A stretch of DNA of 63,862 bases, counting the filler, from Reticulomyxa filosa (lineage: Eukaryota > Protista > Foraminifera), in NCBI GenBank assembly GCA_000512085.1. It is 22 parts of 22 records of this genome, joined end to end, with 100 filler letters (N's around TTAATTAATTAA, not from the genome) between each part and the next. Parts side by side here need not be neighbours in the genome. Positions count along the whole stretch, not along the records: positions 45,982 to 60,634 come from ASPP01028549.1; positions 60,735 to 62,281 come from ASPP01040623.1; 20 more parts are not named here. The stretch is one strand, 5' to 3'. Shown here one piece after another: positions 49,181 to 62,115 of the stretch (the stretch's first letter is position 1; every line of letters starts with the position of its first letter). A program made the position numbers and the translations under genes. The notes beneath the pieces were generated by a model, which saw only the letters and a list, made by a program, of their open reading frames with translations, did not search any database and was not told the origin of the DNA.

Positions 49181-50560
49181 ATGTCACAAAGGGAGACAAA
49201 TACGAATGTGGAAGATCATGTAAAAGTGCCTGGAGAATGGAAACCAGCTCTTTCTGGTTTGCATTCTTTGTAATTGAGAAGCGAAGAAAAAAAGGAAGAA
49301 AATAAAAACAAGCCCTATTAAACAAAAAAAAAAGGAATTCCTCAAGGACTATTGCCATACATTGAAGCGCAGCTACTTGAACATATTCCTTATCCCTACT
49401 TATCCGCTCGAGCAGGATTTCCTAAAAATATCGAAAAGATTATCGCAGTGTTGGAAGAGCAAGAAAAACAAAGCTAACAATTTCATCTACTCAAATATAA
49501 CAATATGAATAAAAGCTACAACAACAAGCAACAATAACAACAACAACAACAAACAGAGGGCGAAGCAGCTGATTATTGTTGGGCATTAGAGTGGAATGCG
49601 GGCTTCCTTTCACAATTAATATATGAAGGTTTTTTGGTAATTGCATTTGAGATCGGGAATGGATTATATGGTTTGCTTCCAAAACTGCATCAAGAACGAT
49701 GTGTGATTGACTTGACCAAAGCAAAAGCTGATGTGCAAACAAAGACAAACGTGACGACAGACACAACGATAGCAAGTGGTGATGAAAAAAAAGAAAGCCA
49801 AGCACAGCAAGAACAGCAAAAGACAAACAAGGACGAGGAGTCAAAAATACAAAGTTCAACTGGAGAGTTGAAAATTGGAAAAAACTTGACAAAACGATCC
49901 AGCAAATACTCGTTGACGATTGATCAAGCTTTTATTGAAGTTTGCACTGGCTGCTTGAAACAACATGGAATGAATTGGTTGTACCCACCCATGCAGGGAA
50001 TGCTCTACACTCTATATCTCAAAGGTGGAAAAAAAGAGTTTCATGGAGTCAAAATTTATTCGGTCGAGCTTTGGGATAATCAGACTGGCGAATTGGTTGC
50101 TGGAGAAATTGGAAGTGGTGTTGGTGGGGTATATACTAGCTTAACTGGTTTTGTTGCTCCCGACACAATCGATGAAACAAGTGATTCTCCAAACAAAGAC
50201 ACCAAAAAAAAAAGAGGAAAAAACAGTGGATGTGGCGTGATACAAATGGTGGGATTAGCAAGACTATTACAAGAAAAGGGTTTCAAATTGTGGGATTTAG
50301 GAATGTTGATGAGCTACAAAGCCGATCTTGGAAGTATAAATTTACCCCGCCGACAATTTGTTGAAATATATCGCCGTTGGAGAGATTTACAACTTATTAA
50401 ACTTGAATGCCCTCAGAAAAGAAACGTCAAAGAAATTATTACTCGAAAAACTATTGGTTCTACTGACAGCAATGACAAAAACAAGCAAGTTACTACTGCT
50501 GATAACTCGGATGTTGGTGCCTCTGCAAGTCTTGACACCAATTCAGGTGAAAAGTACTGA
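49181..50560 (+). CDS. Leucyl/phenylalanyl-tRNA-protein transferase-like protein (Aat/ATEL1 family), 3 exons
   Basis: YCWA...LIYEGFL, LLPKLHQERCVI, IDQAF, QHGMNWLYPP, SVELW...LVAGEIG, YTSLTGF, GFKLWDLGMLMSYKADLG. Exons 49181-49256, 49335-~49472, ~49557-50560. Confidence 0.88.
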
Positions 50561-51176
50561 GCAAGAAAAACCAAAAACGTTTGCAGCGCATTCAAAAAAG
50601 AAAAGAGGCAAAAGCAAAAGCAAAGCTTGATGCTGCAGAAAAAACTAAAAATCAGAAGCACTTTCTGGCCAAAATTCGCAATCAGTCAAGAATGAAAATG
50701 AAACTGAAGACTTATTGGAAGATACAGGTCAAGACCAATTATTACAACAATAATCTATGTTGTTAATTTTGTAAATTATGTTCAAATTTTTTTGCGGATG
50801 TACTTGCTTTTGAGCAAATAATGCAATCACTGCAATATTTGTAAAACTATGATCAATAGTTCTACCTTTCGCATTTTCACTTTTTTCGCAATTAAAAATT
50901 TTTTATTTTTGACAGCGCTTCTATTTTCTACGCTGGCATCACAAAAAAAAGTTTTAAAACTATTTTTGTTTTTCTTTTTTTGAAGATCAAGTTGAAGTCC
51001 ATTCAAAATTCTGCTTTCACCAGGACAAATGCAGTTACATCTGAAATTTGAAATAAAACAAAAACCTCCATTCACACAAAAAAAAACAGGAAAATTTCCG
51101 TCCGTATGAACAACTCCAAACTCAGTTGTTTTATTTCTTTTTTCCTTGTCCCAAAAAAAAAATTTTTCATAAAGTT

Positions 51177-54100
51177 TCAGCTGTAAGGAGCATATGGGTT
51201 GGGAATGTAGTTAGATTGTTGTGGCGCAGCAAACAATTGTGAGGCCGATTGTGCATATTGGTTTTGTGGAATGTAACCAATCATTAAAGGAGTCGAGGCC
51301 AATAAACCTGCACTTTGTTCAATTTTTTCATTCTCCTGTTTTTGTTCTTTTTCTTTTTGCTCCTGTGCTTGTATTTCGGTTTTTTCCACTTTTGTGGACA
51401 ACGCCTCAATCTTGGAACTAAATTCTCTGAAAGTTTGCACCATGAAAGGCATGCACAATTCCATCAAATTGTATCTCCAGGAAAGCTCCAACACCACATC
51501 AGGATGAATTAAAGGATAACAAGTATACAAACATGCTGCAAAGCAAGATTTTGGACAATCATCACGGGACACGAAGAATCGTAACAATTCCTCAGCTAAT
51601 GCCACATCTCCTGATGCTGCTCCTGTGTCCATTGCATCTTGCCATAACTTGTCTTGTTTCGACAAGTCAATAGAGGTTGTCCAGCGCTGATTTCTGCGAT
51701 ACAATTGAGCGGCAATTCTTCTGAATTCCAACAATTCATGTCTTTGGAGTGTTTGTGCCAATTGGATTTGATCAAAATTGTCATAATCGGCAATACTCTC
51801 GCGCAAGGCTTCATAGTTTTCTTCTTCAACCAACAGACCATTGATGGCTTCGTTCACAACTTTGTTATTTTCTCGTTGGACATGTTGCAAATAAGGCATA
51901 ATCAAAGGCAATTGGCCACCCATGTCAATAGTTTGCACAACACGTTTGTGATCCAAGCGTCCACTTAATTCATTCAACAACTCACTCAGGAACAATGGAT
52001 GTTCACGTAAATAGAAGTTAATGGCACGATAGAAGACTTCCGTGTTGGTTGCTCGGACAATGATCGACTTAAATTGTTCGTGTTCCCAACAAGATGGCGA
52101 GTGGGCAATCATGGTGTCGACAGCATTGTCGTATTGGTCATAATGAGTATACAAAAATACTGTTTCTTTCCAATGCAAGTTATCTTTGCATGCTTGCAAC
52201 AAAGTTGGAATGTTAATACGATTCCAGAATAAGTTAATATGTTCCATCAGTTTCTTTTCTTTGTATTTGGCATATAATATACCCAATTGAGTGTAAATGC
52301 CTTGATGAGCACGATCCAAGTTGATACCTTGTTCCAACAAAGCGATCAATTCTGCAAAGTGACCACCGTTTTCGTAGTGTTGAATTAATTCATTTAAGTG
52401 ATCCATAAACACGATAATGTTGACACCGCACATTTGGGCCAATCGGAATTTGCCATTTTCAACACACGCATAACAAACATCTTTCCATGTTTGGATACTA
52501 TTTGCTTGTCTTGCAGCTTCTACTGCCTCTTGGAATAATTCCAAACGAACTAATGTGGTAGCTAATTTAGCATAATTGCTTATTTGTGTAAAGATGATAC
52601 GGGCAGCAGGATATAATTTTTCCTCAAAACATCGGTCACCGACTTTGTCCAAGTTGGCACTGTTGGGCTTACCAATAAACTGTTCCAATGCGCTGAGATC
52701 TTGTACGCGTGCGTAAGCATAAATTAATTCGCTGTCAACTGCCTTATCTCTGACTTTACTGCGTGCCATTTGCAGATAATCGATTAATCGTTTGAAATCT
52801 TCTGTTTTGTTAGCTTTCAAAATGACTAACTCATAGTGTGTTGCATCCTGAGCTTTTAAAAAGGATTCAATGGATTGGGTCACTAAGTCAGCATCCAATT
52901 GTGCTTTACCTAATAAACTCCAAACTTCTGGTTTGTCCCAGTATTGAGCAAATTCAGTACCTCGTTCAATATCTTTCAAGTCCTCCAAAAGCACTTGAGC
53001 AGCTTCTAATCCTTTCTTGAATTTTTTGTAAATCAAAAATCCTTCTTCGTATAATTTGTACTGTTCGGAAATGCAAATCTTGGCCAAATCAGGTCCATCG
53101 TAATTGTCCAAACGTTCAACATAGCCAGCAACACGTGTAGGATCAGCCTTAATTGCGGTGAGGATCAATAAATTTTGTAAATTCTTGTTATTACGGAAAT
53201 TGTAATCGGCTGAATTACTCAAAACGATGCGTTCCAATAATTCGATCAATTCGTTGGGAAGATTGGCTGTCATAAAAGCTTTTACAGTGCTCGATACTTC
53301 ATCAGGATTACGTGATTCTGGCAATGCAGTGGATACCACTTGATCAATCAACGATCTTCGTTGTTCGTTTTGTTCTGCCAACACCAAAGTCCACAAATCA
53401 GCGTCTTGTCTTTCTACACAATATCTTGCTTGATCTTTGAAAAATCCATGTTTATTGGTAATGTTCACGAGTTCTTTATCACATTTTCCCCAGGCACGTT
53501 TGTATGCAACAAATGCCAAATGTGGATCTCGACTTTCGCAGTATTTTCCAACTTCCATTGAGTCGTAAAATTTGTTGTTCATCAAAAAGTGTTGAGGATT
53601 GTTATTGATGTCAATGTAAATCTTTGCCAAAGCATTGTGCAGAGCAGGATCTTCCAAGCCTTCATGGAATCGACTTTCTAACCATGGCAAAAGCAACGTC
53701 AATCGAACTCGTTTCTCAACTTCTTCCACTAATTCTTTCACTGGACATTGTGGCGGTCTAACGCTATTTATTAAATTTCGGATTTGGTCTTCTGGTGCAT
53801 TCAAATCAATGAGAGATCCAACCACTTTGGGAGTAGCTCCAGGATTCATTCGTTGCACATACACTTCAATGAAACGGTATAATTGGTTTGTGTACAAATA
53901 AGAGGTCAATTCATCCACATAACCATGACGGTCACAAACGTGAATCAAAGGTCTTGGGTCTTTGATTTTGTTTGATTCCAATAAAAATGCTTTTACTTTA
54001 TCAGGATCATAGTGGTTATTTTCTCGGCATATTAATTCAATTTGTGCTACTTGTCCAACTTCAGCAGCAGCTTGGATATATTTAAAAACTACATCACTAT

Positions 54101-57100
54101 TTTCGGTGGAATTTACCATACTTCCCAAATACAAGTAAAGTCCGGACCAGCTATTTATTGATTAAAATTTAATAATTGTCAAAAATATCTGCCAAAAAAG
54201 GAAAATAAATAAAGTGTTAACACAAACCATTCAAAGTCTTCAAACAATTGAATCAATTTTTCAACTGTCAATTGTTCAGAATATCGTTTGGCAACTTCGA
54301 CAACCAACTGCAAGTTTGTGCCAGTGTTTGAATATTTCAATAAATCCTTCAAACAGCTCAGTGCATCTTCTGGTGTCAAATCACCAAAGAATTTCAACAA
54401 AAAGTCTGGTTTGAATGCATTGCTGCCCAATCCCATTTGCAAAACACGCTTAATGTCGTCCAAATTCTGTTATATCAATTAAATATTTATATTTCAAAAA
54501 CATACGTAAAAAAAAATACAACAATTAATGGACTAAACTTCGTAAAGTTCCAAAGCACAATCAAATAAGCGAGCGGATTCGCATAATCTTGCAATATAAG
54601 TTTTATCATAATGAGTAAATTTGTAATCTTCTGATTCTAAAATAGCTTTGGCGACTTGCGGAGCAGCTCGCAAATTGATTTCCAATAATTTTGTTTGCAA
54701 TTCGGCATCTTCTTCTCGATCACCACGATTTCGCAAGTAATCAAGCAAAAATTCAGTTGTTTTTTCGACATCGTTTCGGCCACTTCCCAACAATACAGTC
54801 ATAACATCAGCAGCTGACAAGAAGTTTTGATCAACCAAACTTTGGGCAAATTCTTTAACATCGTCACGACGCATTTGTTGCACATGTGCCAATAACTCAG
54901 GCCATTTTGGTGTATAATTTTCTTGTTTGCAATACTCGACAACTCGTGAGGCTTGTCCCAATTGAATAAAACACAAAATGGTTTTTTGGGGAATTTTTGC
55001 TCCATAATAAATGGATGCTGCCAACTTGACATCGAATGGGGCCAACACATCACCTAATTCTTCTGATTTTTCCAATTTGTTTTCTTTCAAAAATTGTTCA
55101 ATTCGCTGCTTGCCGGCATCTGGTTTAAATTGCAAAATGCGACGACACAATTCCACACTTTCCAATTTGTTCAAAGGTCCTTGTTTCAACAGCAATTGGT
55201 AATACTGTAAATCTGGTGGAGGTTGGTTGGGTTGGGGTTGAATTTTTTTGAAAGCAGCAATAGTTTGCTCGTTTCGCAATGCGGGACATTTAGCGGCAAA
55301 TTCTGCTGCACCTGCATAATTTCCTTGGCGCAATAAAGTCTCAAATTTTTGTTGCAGTACGTCTACTCCACCAAGTCCCAATTCCGCAAACTTTTCACCC
55401 AAGTCAGAATCACCAAGCACGTTAGTAATGTAAGAAACAAAGTTTTTTTCGTCGACATTGAATAGTGCAACTTGTCCACCACGATCAACAGTTAAGACAC
55501 CACCAGTTTCCTCGTCCGCAACCGACAAAAACATTGTTGTCTGACATTAAACATTGAAACATCGCAAAACAACAAATCCGCATTTATTTTTTTTTTCGGC
55601 GTTTTGTAAGCAAAAAAATTTAACCTTGGAAACTTGTCTATTAAATAAGCATTTGCCAGTGGAAATATCAAACAGGAACAAAAACCCGCTTTGAGTGAAT
55701 GCGTACAAGCAGCGATATTTGGCACTTGGTACCATGGACACAATAAAGTCGTTCGAGTTCTGGAATGGGACTTCCGCTTGGATTTTGTGTGGTGGATTTC
55801 CTCCCCCAACTTCAACTATAAACAGCTTGGTTGAGTTCTATCGTAAAAAAAAAAAAAAACACGGGCACACGTATACTAATCACTTCTGCTAAAATGTTAA
55901 TTTTTTATTATTTTAAAAAAAAACAAGATTTTACACCCTGACCCAAAGCCTGCTTCCTCACTCCCCGCCTTTTTTTATTTCTCACCTCTCAAAAACAAAA
56001 AACTTAACTCCATCAGATCTAGTGAAGCAGAACAAGGTAGACGGCGACTCTCGTCCACTCAAGGTGACTTCCGCAAAACATCCTCCATGTGCGTTCATTT
56101 TTGGTTGATAGCGTTTGTGTTGTACGCTGTACAATTGCAACACACCTTCAATTTTTTGCGTTTCTGCATTTTTTGCAATTCCTTGTAAGAACAGCCAGTT
56201 GCCATCTTTGCTTGAATCGTAGTTGATAATCTGCACTTGACGAGTTTCGGCCTCTATTTCAAATTTCTTTTCTGGTGTTGCGTCACCCTCCACACTCCAG
56301 TGATAAGCTGCGGTGCCTGTCACAAAAGCAATCGTGCGGCCATCCAACCACTTCCAATACAACACACTCTCCGATGTCTCTGTTGTTTTCATTCTGGATT
56401 TCAACTCGAGGTTGTAAATCTGCAAGTTGTTCTTTGCTATTTTTTTTGTTTTGTTTTATTTTTTAAAATCAATTGTTCTATTTTTTTTCTTTTTTAAGCT
56501 TTATTTCTTCTTTTTGTCCATTCTCACCCCTTTTTTGTTCAAAAAAAAACCCTTTTTCAAAACCAGCTCATTGATATTTTTTCTTTGCTCTTCTCCCCCC
56601 CCCCCACACCCCTTTTTTTTTTTAACAAATACAACCATCTTTCAATGAGTTTGGGTGTAATTAAAAAAAAACTCGTGGACAATAACGTTTTAAATTAAGG
56701 AGATTTTGGAACAAAGCTTTTTGTCCAAAAATCTTACAAAATTTTTTTTTTGTGAGTAAAGAGAAAAAAAAAAAAGACAACAGAATGGGAACAAGTTACT
56801 ACCTCGCAACCCCATGACCTATGCAAAACATCAACCCATTTTTCGAAATTACGTATACATTAAGATTGAGAAAAGACATTAAAAAAAAGGGGACCCCAAA
56901 GAAATAGAAACAAAACACAAAGTAGAAGGGGCCAAAAATTCACATAAATTGACACAGAACACATCATAACAAACAAATAGAAAACATAGTTATTAAACAT
57001 TGCTAATTGGGTTCATAATTGCAGAATCCACGGTGACTGGCAATGTCGTTGCTTTCTTGGTCGCAACACTTACAATGTGAATCTTGCCATCTTCCCTGAC

Positions 57101-57351
57101 AACAATAAAACGAGCACTTTCCGCTGTGACATTGGTAAATTTTATCGATTGCGGCGATATCCCCAAATCAGACAGCTTTTTTTGTTATTTTGTTATAAGC
57201 TTATTATTTCTTTTGTTTTTTTGGTGTTAGACAAAAAAAACTTTTACGAGACGAAAAATGACTGTTTTGTTTCCCTTACCAGAAGCACTTGTTGTGCTTT
57301 CAAAGGTGACTGAGGAGATTGAGCTTGTGAAGCTTGTGAAGCTTGTGACAT
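51177..57351 (-). CDS. CHC: Clathrin heavy chain, complete, 8 exons, ~1706 aa
   Basis: Exons 57351-57280, 57175-56999, 56818-56803, 56436-56009, 55837-55625, 55540-54539, 54466-54228 and 54150-51177 total 5121 nt in frame. Motifs DSAIMNP, LQIYNLE, HNALAKIYID, NLQNLLILTAIKAD, HELLEFRRIAA. Confidence 0.97.
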
Positions 57352-58157
57352 AACAACCACAATACCAAAATTCAAATCAAAAGGATCTTTTTCGAATCAC
57401 TAGAGGGGTTTGTCTTTGGTTCCTGCACCTGCTTTTTCGCGTCTCCGGCAAACCAAAAAACCTCAAAAACTACTTTTTTTCTTTATGGATATCAATGTAT
57501 TGCTTAATTTATTGAGGATTAATTGGTCATGTCTGAATCGCAACCTGATAAGTTTTCTGAAATATGTGTAATCATTAATCCCGAAATTTTTATCCAAAAT
57601 TATTTGATAAATGACCGGATAAGCTTATATGACTATCAAAGAATCTTTGAGCATCACTTCAATATTTTGGCTATTTTATTTTATATCTATTATTTATCGT
57701 AAATGTTTTTACGATGTAAGACTACGCGAAGATTTTGTATTCTGACTTTTAAACTAATATTGTTTCATTGTTTACTTTGTTTTCACATAATTTAAACTCA
57801 AACGATATTATACATATTTTCGGGCGGAATATACGCAAAGCCGATAATCCTTCGTTTTACTGTTAAACAAGTACTCCGCTTTTTATTAATATTTGTCAAA
57901 ATGACAGTCACTATTCCACATTTAAACATAGGCTCACATATGTGCCCTTCTTGCAACTGAATTTGAGACTTTTTGCATAAAAGAATCCTTTGCTTTCGTG
58001 TAATGTGTATACTCTATCAATTAACAACATTTGAACGAGATAATTGTAAATCAAAATAAAAAACCTTTGATTCTTGAAAAAATTGGTTTTTCTCACTTGT
58101 CTTAAATATATATTTGAACAAACTAGTAAAAGCTTCCCCTTTTCCAGGAAAACATTG

Positions 58158-60320
58158 ATGAGCACAGCATTTGTGCGTGCAAAGCAAAGTCTTTTCAAAA
58201 AAATAAATGTGACTCCTTCGTTGTTATGTAAACGCTGGACAACTGACAATACATATGAGGGTTATATCTCCATGATCAATAATCACGGTTTTGGAGTAGT
58301 AGCGGCAGAGAAAGCACCCTACACTGAGTATCCATTTGCAGAAACAGATTTGAATGTTGCGACAACTCGAAAAGTCAGGTGCAACAAATGTGAACCTTGA
58401 AGTTTCTGATAATTTCTGTATTTTTGAGCTCATGCATTTCATCTCGTAACACGATCGATAAAACAACTCAAATCCAAAAAAAAAAAAAAGAAAATATCAG
58501 CAAGTATCTTTTGAGCTACGGCACCGTAACCAAAGCCTCAATGCAGTAAATATCAGGTCACCAGAAGGAAATCCATTGATGTTTATGCACCCTAATTATG
58601 AACTTCCAAATATTAAAAAAAAATGGTTTTTATCGTCTATTGAAGGTTACAAAACAATGCGGTTCAAAGGAATAGTTCGAAATTACAATCCACAAAAGCG
58701 TGAAGGAATCATCATCCCAACAAAACTTGGATATAAGAATCTAGTGTTTCGTGCCTTTGAGCTTCAAGTAAGAACTACAAAAAGGGGACAACAAACAAGT
58801 TCATTTTTTTAAAAAAAAATTAATAATACATTCATTTCTGTATTAATGTTGTTAACTTCCGTAGACAACTGGACGAGAAATAATTTCGAGTGAAAGTGAG
58901 GTAGAATTTTCAGTAGTGAAGAGGCAGTTCAATGATCTGGACAACGCGATCATGATAACACGGCCAGGTGGTGGGTTGATAAACGAAGAAGAGAACAGCA
59001 GCACAAGAGAACAACGAAGCATGTTAGGAAGACAGTACAGAGTGAAGAACAGCCAGATAAAGTTTGCAAGCAATTCAATTGACACTGACATGAAACGTGA
59101 AGAAGGCTACGTTGAATTTTACCAGCCATTGCAATCGTATGGATTGATACTGTCATTTGCGGACCCCAGCCGCGCATTGCACGTGAGCATAGACGACTGT
59201 CACATCTTTGGTAAGCGAGCACTGCGACGCTTTCAGCACGTCGAATTTTGGGTTTCAAAAGAAGAGATCAATGGTCACGTCAAGGCCATCGATGTAACCG
59301 GGCCGAATGGGACTTTGCTGCAATATAATTGTCCCAACCAATACCTGACCAAATCCGAAATGACTAAACGTTTTTCCCCGTCCGATTCCAAACCTCATCA
59401 AGGGCAAGTGTTCTTTTTGTTACACTCTACTAATCACTTTTTCGTCAAACCCAACGAACACGGCTATGTACCTATTTTCGCAAATCAATCAAAAGTGATT
59501 GTATGTGAATAAACAAAAAAAAAATATTATATATATATATGTATATATTATATATTATATGCCATATGATTTAATATATGTATATATGTACATATATTGC
59601 TTTTGCTTGCTTGGTCGAAAACAAAAAGACAATGGACGTGAAGCGACTACTCGTCGGTGACGTGGTGGAATTTGTGGTGGACAAAGACAAAGGGACGACA
59701 ACTAATCGAAACTATCAAAGAGCTGCAGTGGTGACCGCTCCAGGAGGCCGTCCTTTTTGCACTCATCAAAGCTCGTATGGGGTCTATTTATCCACTCGGC
59801 TTGACTTGGCCAAACCACAGTCGTCACTGCATGATTGTCCGTCCACCGGTCATGACGAACGCTTCAATGGATGGATCACTTCCTTTGATTACAATACTAA
59901 AGAAGGAACCATTGAAGTTTCCTTTTGTTTTCACTTTCTCTTTCTCTTTTTTTGTTGTTTTTCTTTGGAACCAAATAATAATAATAATAATAATGATTAT
60001 TATTATTATTATAATAGGTTGAAGCCCCTCCTGGCCAGAGGTACCATGAAATTTATTTCCACTTACAAAATGCAATTTTAGGAAAACAAGCACTTGACAT
60101 GTCAGCGAAATTTGATCATTATGCTGAAGTCTCCATAGAAGTGAGGCCCCGCCAAAAAGAGGTAGCCGTTCACGGTGGTCAAAAACAAAAGAGCCAGCTC
60201 ACAATGGAGGCTTTCAATGTCATTGCTAGGAATAGTCTTGTCTTAGAATTGCACCAGAAGACCCACAAAAACTACTCGTGGAAGTCGAGTTTTAAAGGGA
60301 AGAGGATACAAAAGAGCTGA
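58158..60320 (+). CDS. Protein with five tandem cold-shock (OB-fold) domains and a mitochondrial-like presequence
   Basis: Five repeats starting YEGYI, FKGIV, EEGYV, HQGQV and FNGWI, most with V(S/E)F and ending AxxVTxPxG-like (e.g. KAIDVTGPNG). Basic, acid-free N-terminus MSTAFVRAKQSLFKK...LLCKRWT. Confidence 0.75.
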
Positions 60321-60577
60321 CTTTTCATTCAATCACACTTTTATGTCTTTGCAGCATTTCTTCAATACGCCCAATCATAAAAACAAAAAACAACACCTTT
60401 TTTTCCTTCTTGTCATGCGTAATTATCATATGCAACGTTATCACGCTGTACAATAAGATTATCACAATTCAATTATCTGCATATATACTCCTTTTTTTAA
60501 AGCTTGTCGATAATATTCTTTTCAATAAAAGAATGATCTAAATCAAATAAATAGTGTGATAAGAGTTTTTACCAATA

Positions 60578-60634
60578 CAGTAGATTGCAAAAAAAACTGC
60601 CATACCTAAAGGCACTATATGAAGAGAATCGATT
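60578..60634 (+). mobile_element. Tc1-like terminal repeat, copy 4
   Basis: TA|CAGTAGATTGCAAAAAAAACTGCCATACC...; reverse complement of copies 1 and 3. Confidence 0.75.
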
Positions 60635-61232
60635 NNNNNNNNNNNNNNNNNNNNNNNNNNNNNNNNNNNNNNNNNNNNTTAATTAATTAANNNNNNNNNN
60701 NNNNNNNNNNNNNNNNNNNNNNNNNNNNNNNNNNATACAAATTATGTAGAAAAATAATTTCAGTATTCTCCATTTATATACTAGCAATATAACTATTTTT
60801 TTAAATAATACTAAAAAAAAATATTTGAATATATATTATCTGAATACTGAGTTTTTTTTCGAAATATACAAACAGAAAAGTGTTTTCAAGGATCTGTATA
60901 CAAGTTGTTATGACAAGATTTACCTAAATTGATATATGTTATTCCTTTTATAATGTTGTTGATATATTATCTCTTTGATGACTAGATTGTTGCTGCTTCC
61001 ATGAATGTTATATCCATTATATCACTTGTTCAAGTCATTTCTTTAATTTCTATTTATTCAGTTATTTAATTTTAGTATATAAAAATTATTTAATGTCTTG
61101 TTTCAATTTCCATTTTTTGTTTATTTTCTATTCCTAGCTTCGTATTATCTTCTTTGCATATTTCAGCTCATGTTATATCATTTATTACTTTTTCATCAAT
61201 TTTTTTAAATATTATTGACATAAATATGTGCA

Positions 61233-61400
61233 GTGGACTTTTAAATCTGGGTTTTTGTGCTAAATGAAACCTTATTTATGCATAATACAAATTCCAAAAG
61301 GGCGCTTTCAAATTATTTTGTATCGAATCAAACGATAATGCGATCGTTTTTACTGCATTTTATTAGAATTTTCCTGCAGAAAAAGTATTTGTAGGTTTTT
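61233..61400 (-). repeat. Dispersed ~165-bp repeat, copy 2
   Basis: Reverse-complement match to 9161-9325. Confidence 0.85.
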
Positions 61401-61605
61401 GAAACATAATTGTTAAATATTAAATTAAATAGACAAAAGTTTTTGAAAATTAATCACAACCATTCAAATCAAACACTTACATAGAAAATTTTATTGAATT
61501 TTTCTGAATTTTCGCAGGGGTAAAACTAAAAAAAAATTGATAATTTTAAAAAGAACATTTTGTTTATCATTATCTATTTATTTGCAAACATGTCTAGTTG
61601 CTTCA

Positions 61606-62115
61606 TTACTTGTTCATCTGCAATGTGTCCAGATAGCGAGAGCATTTCCTTTCTGGAGGCTGGAGACGTTCAAGCTTGTCAAATTGCTGTTGCCAAAGGT
61701 TTGTTTTTTCGTTCATGAATTTTGTCTTGTGGTATTCGTCTCCGACTGGTGTGCTTACAATTTGTGTGTTGAATGTCATATTGTGCGGAATTGACTGTAA
61801 TGCTTCAGGTGGAAGAGTATCGACAGCGGCAATCCACTCACATTTGTTGTGGCTCATTTGAAGGCCATGGGTTGTTTTCATTGCCGTGATTGCAGTCAAG
61901 GCTCTGGTCAACGTGGTAACGGAATCTGCAGCAATTGCGAGATCATCATGATATGCTGCATGTTAGAAGTTTTGGAGATCTACGAAAGCAATGTTGAGCG
62001 CATCCGCCAAGACAATGGCAAATAAAGCACTCCCCAATGGGTCGCCTTGGTGGACCCCAGTTCGCGATGGTATTATCTGGCCGGTGGGTAAAAAAAGGGG
62101 GGCATGCTTTATACA
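61606..62115 (-). mobile_element. Non-LTR retrotransposon RT fragment, CRE/SLACS-like
   Basis: IPSRTGVHQGDPLGSALFA, one frameshift, then AYHDDLAI, GLQMSHNKCEW and IVSTPVGD: RT motifs in the style of early-branching RLE clades. Confidence 0.85.
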
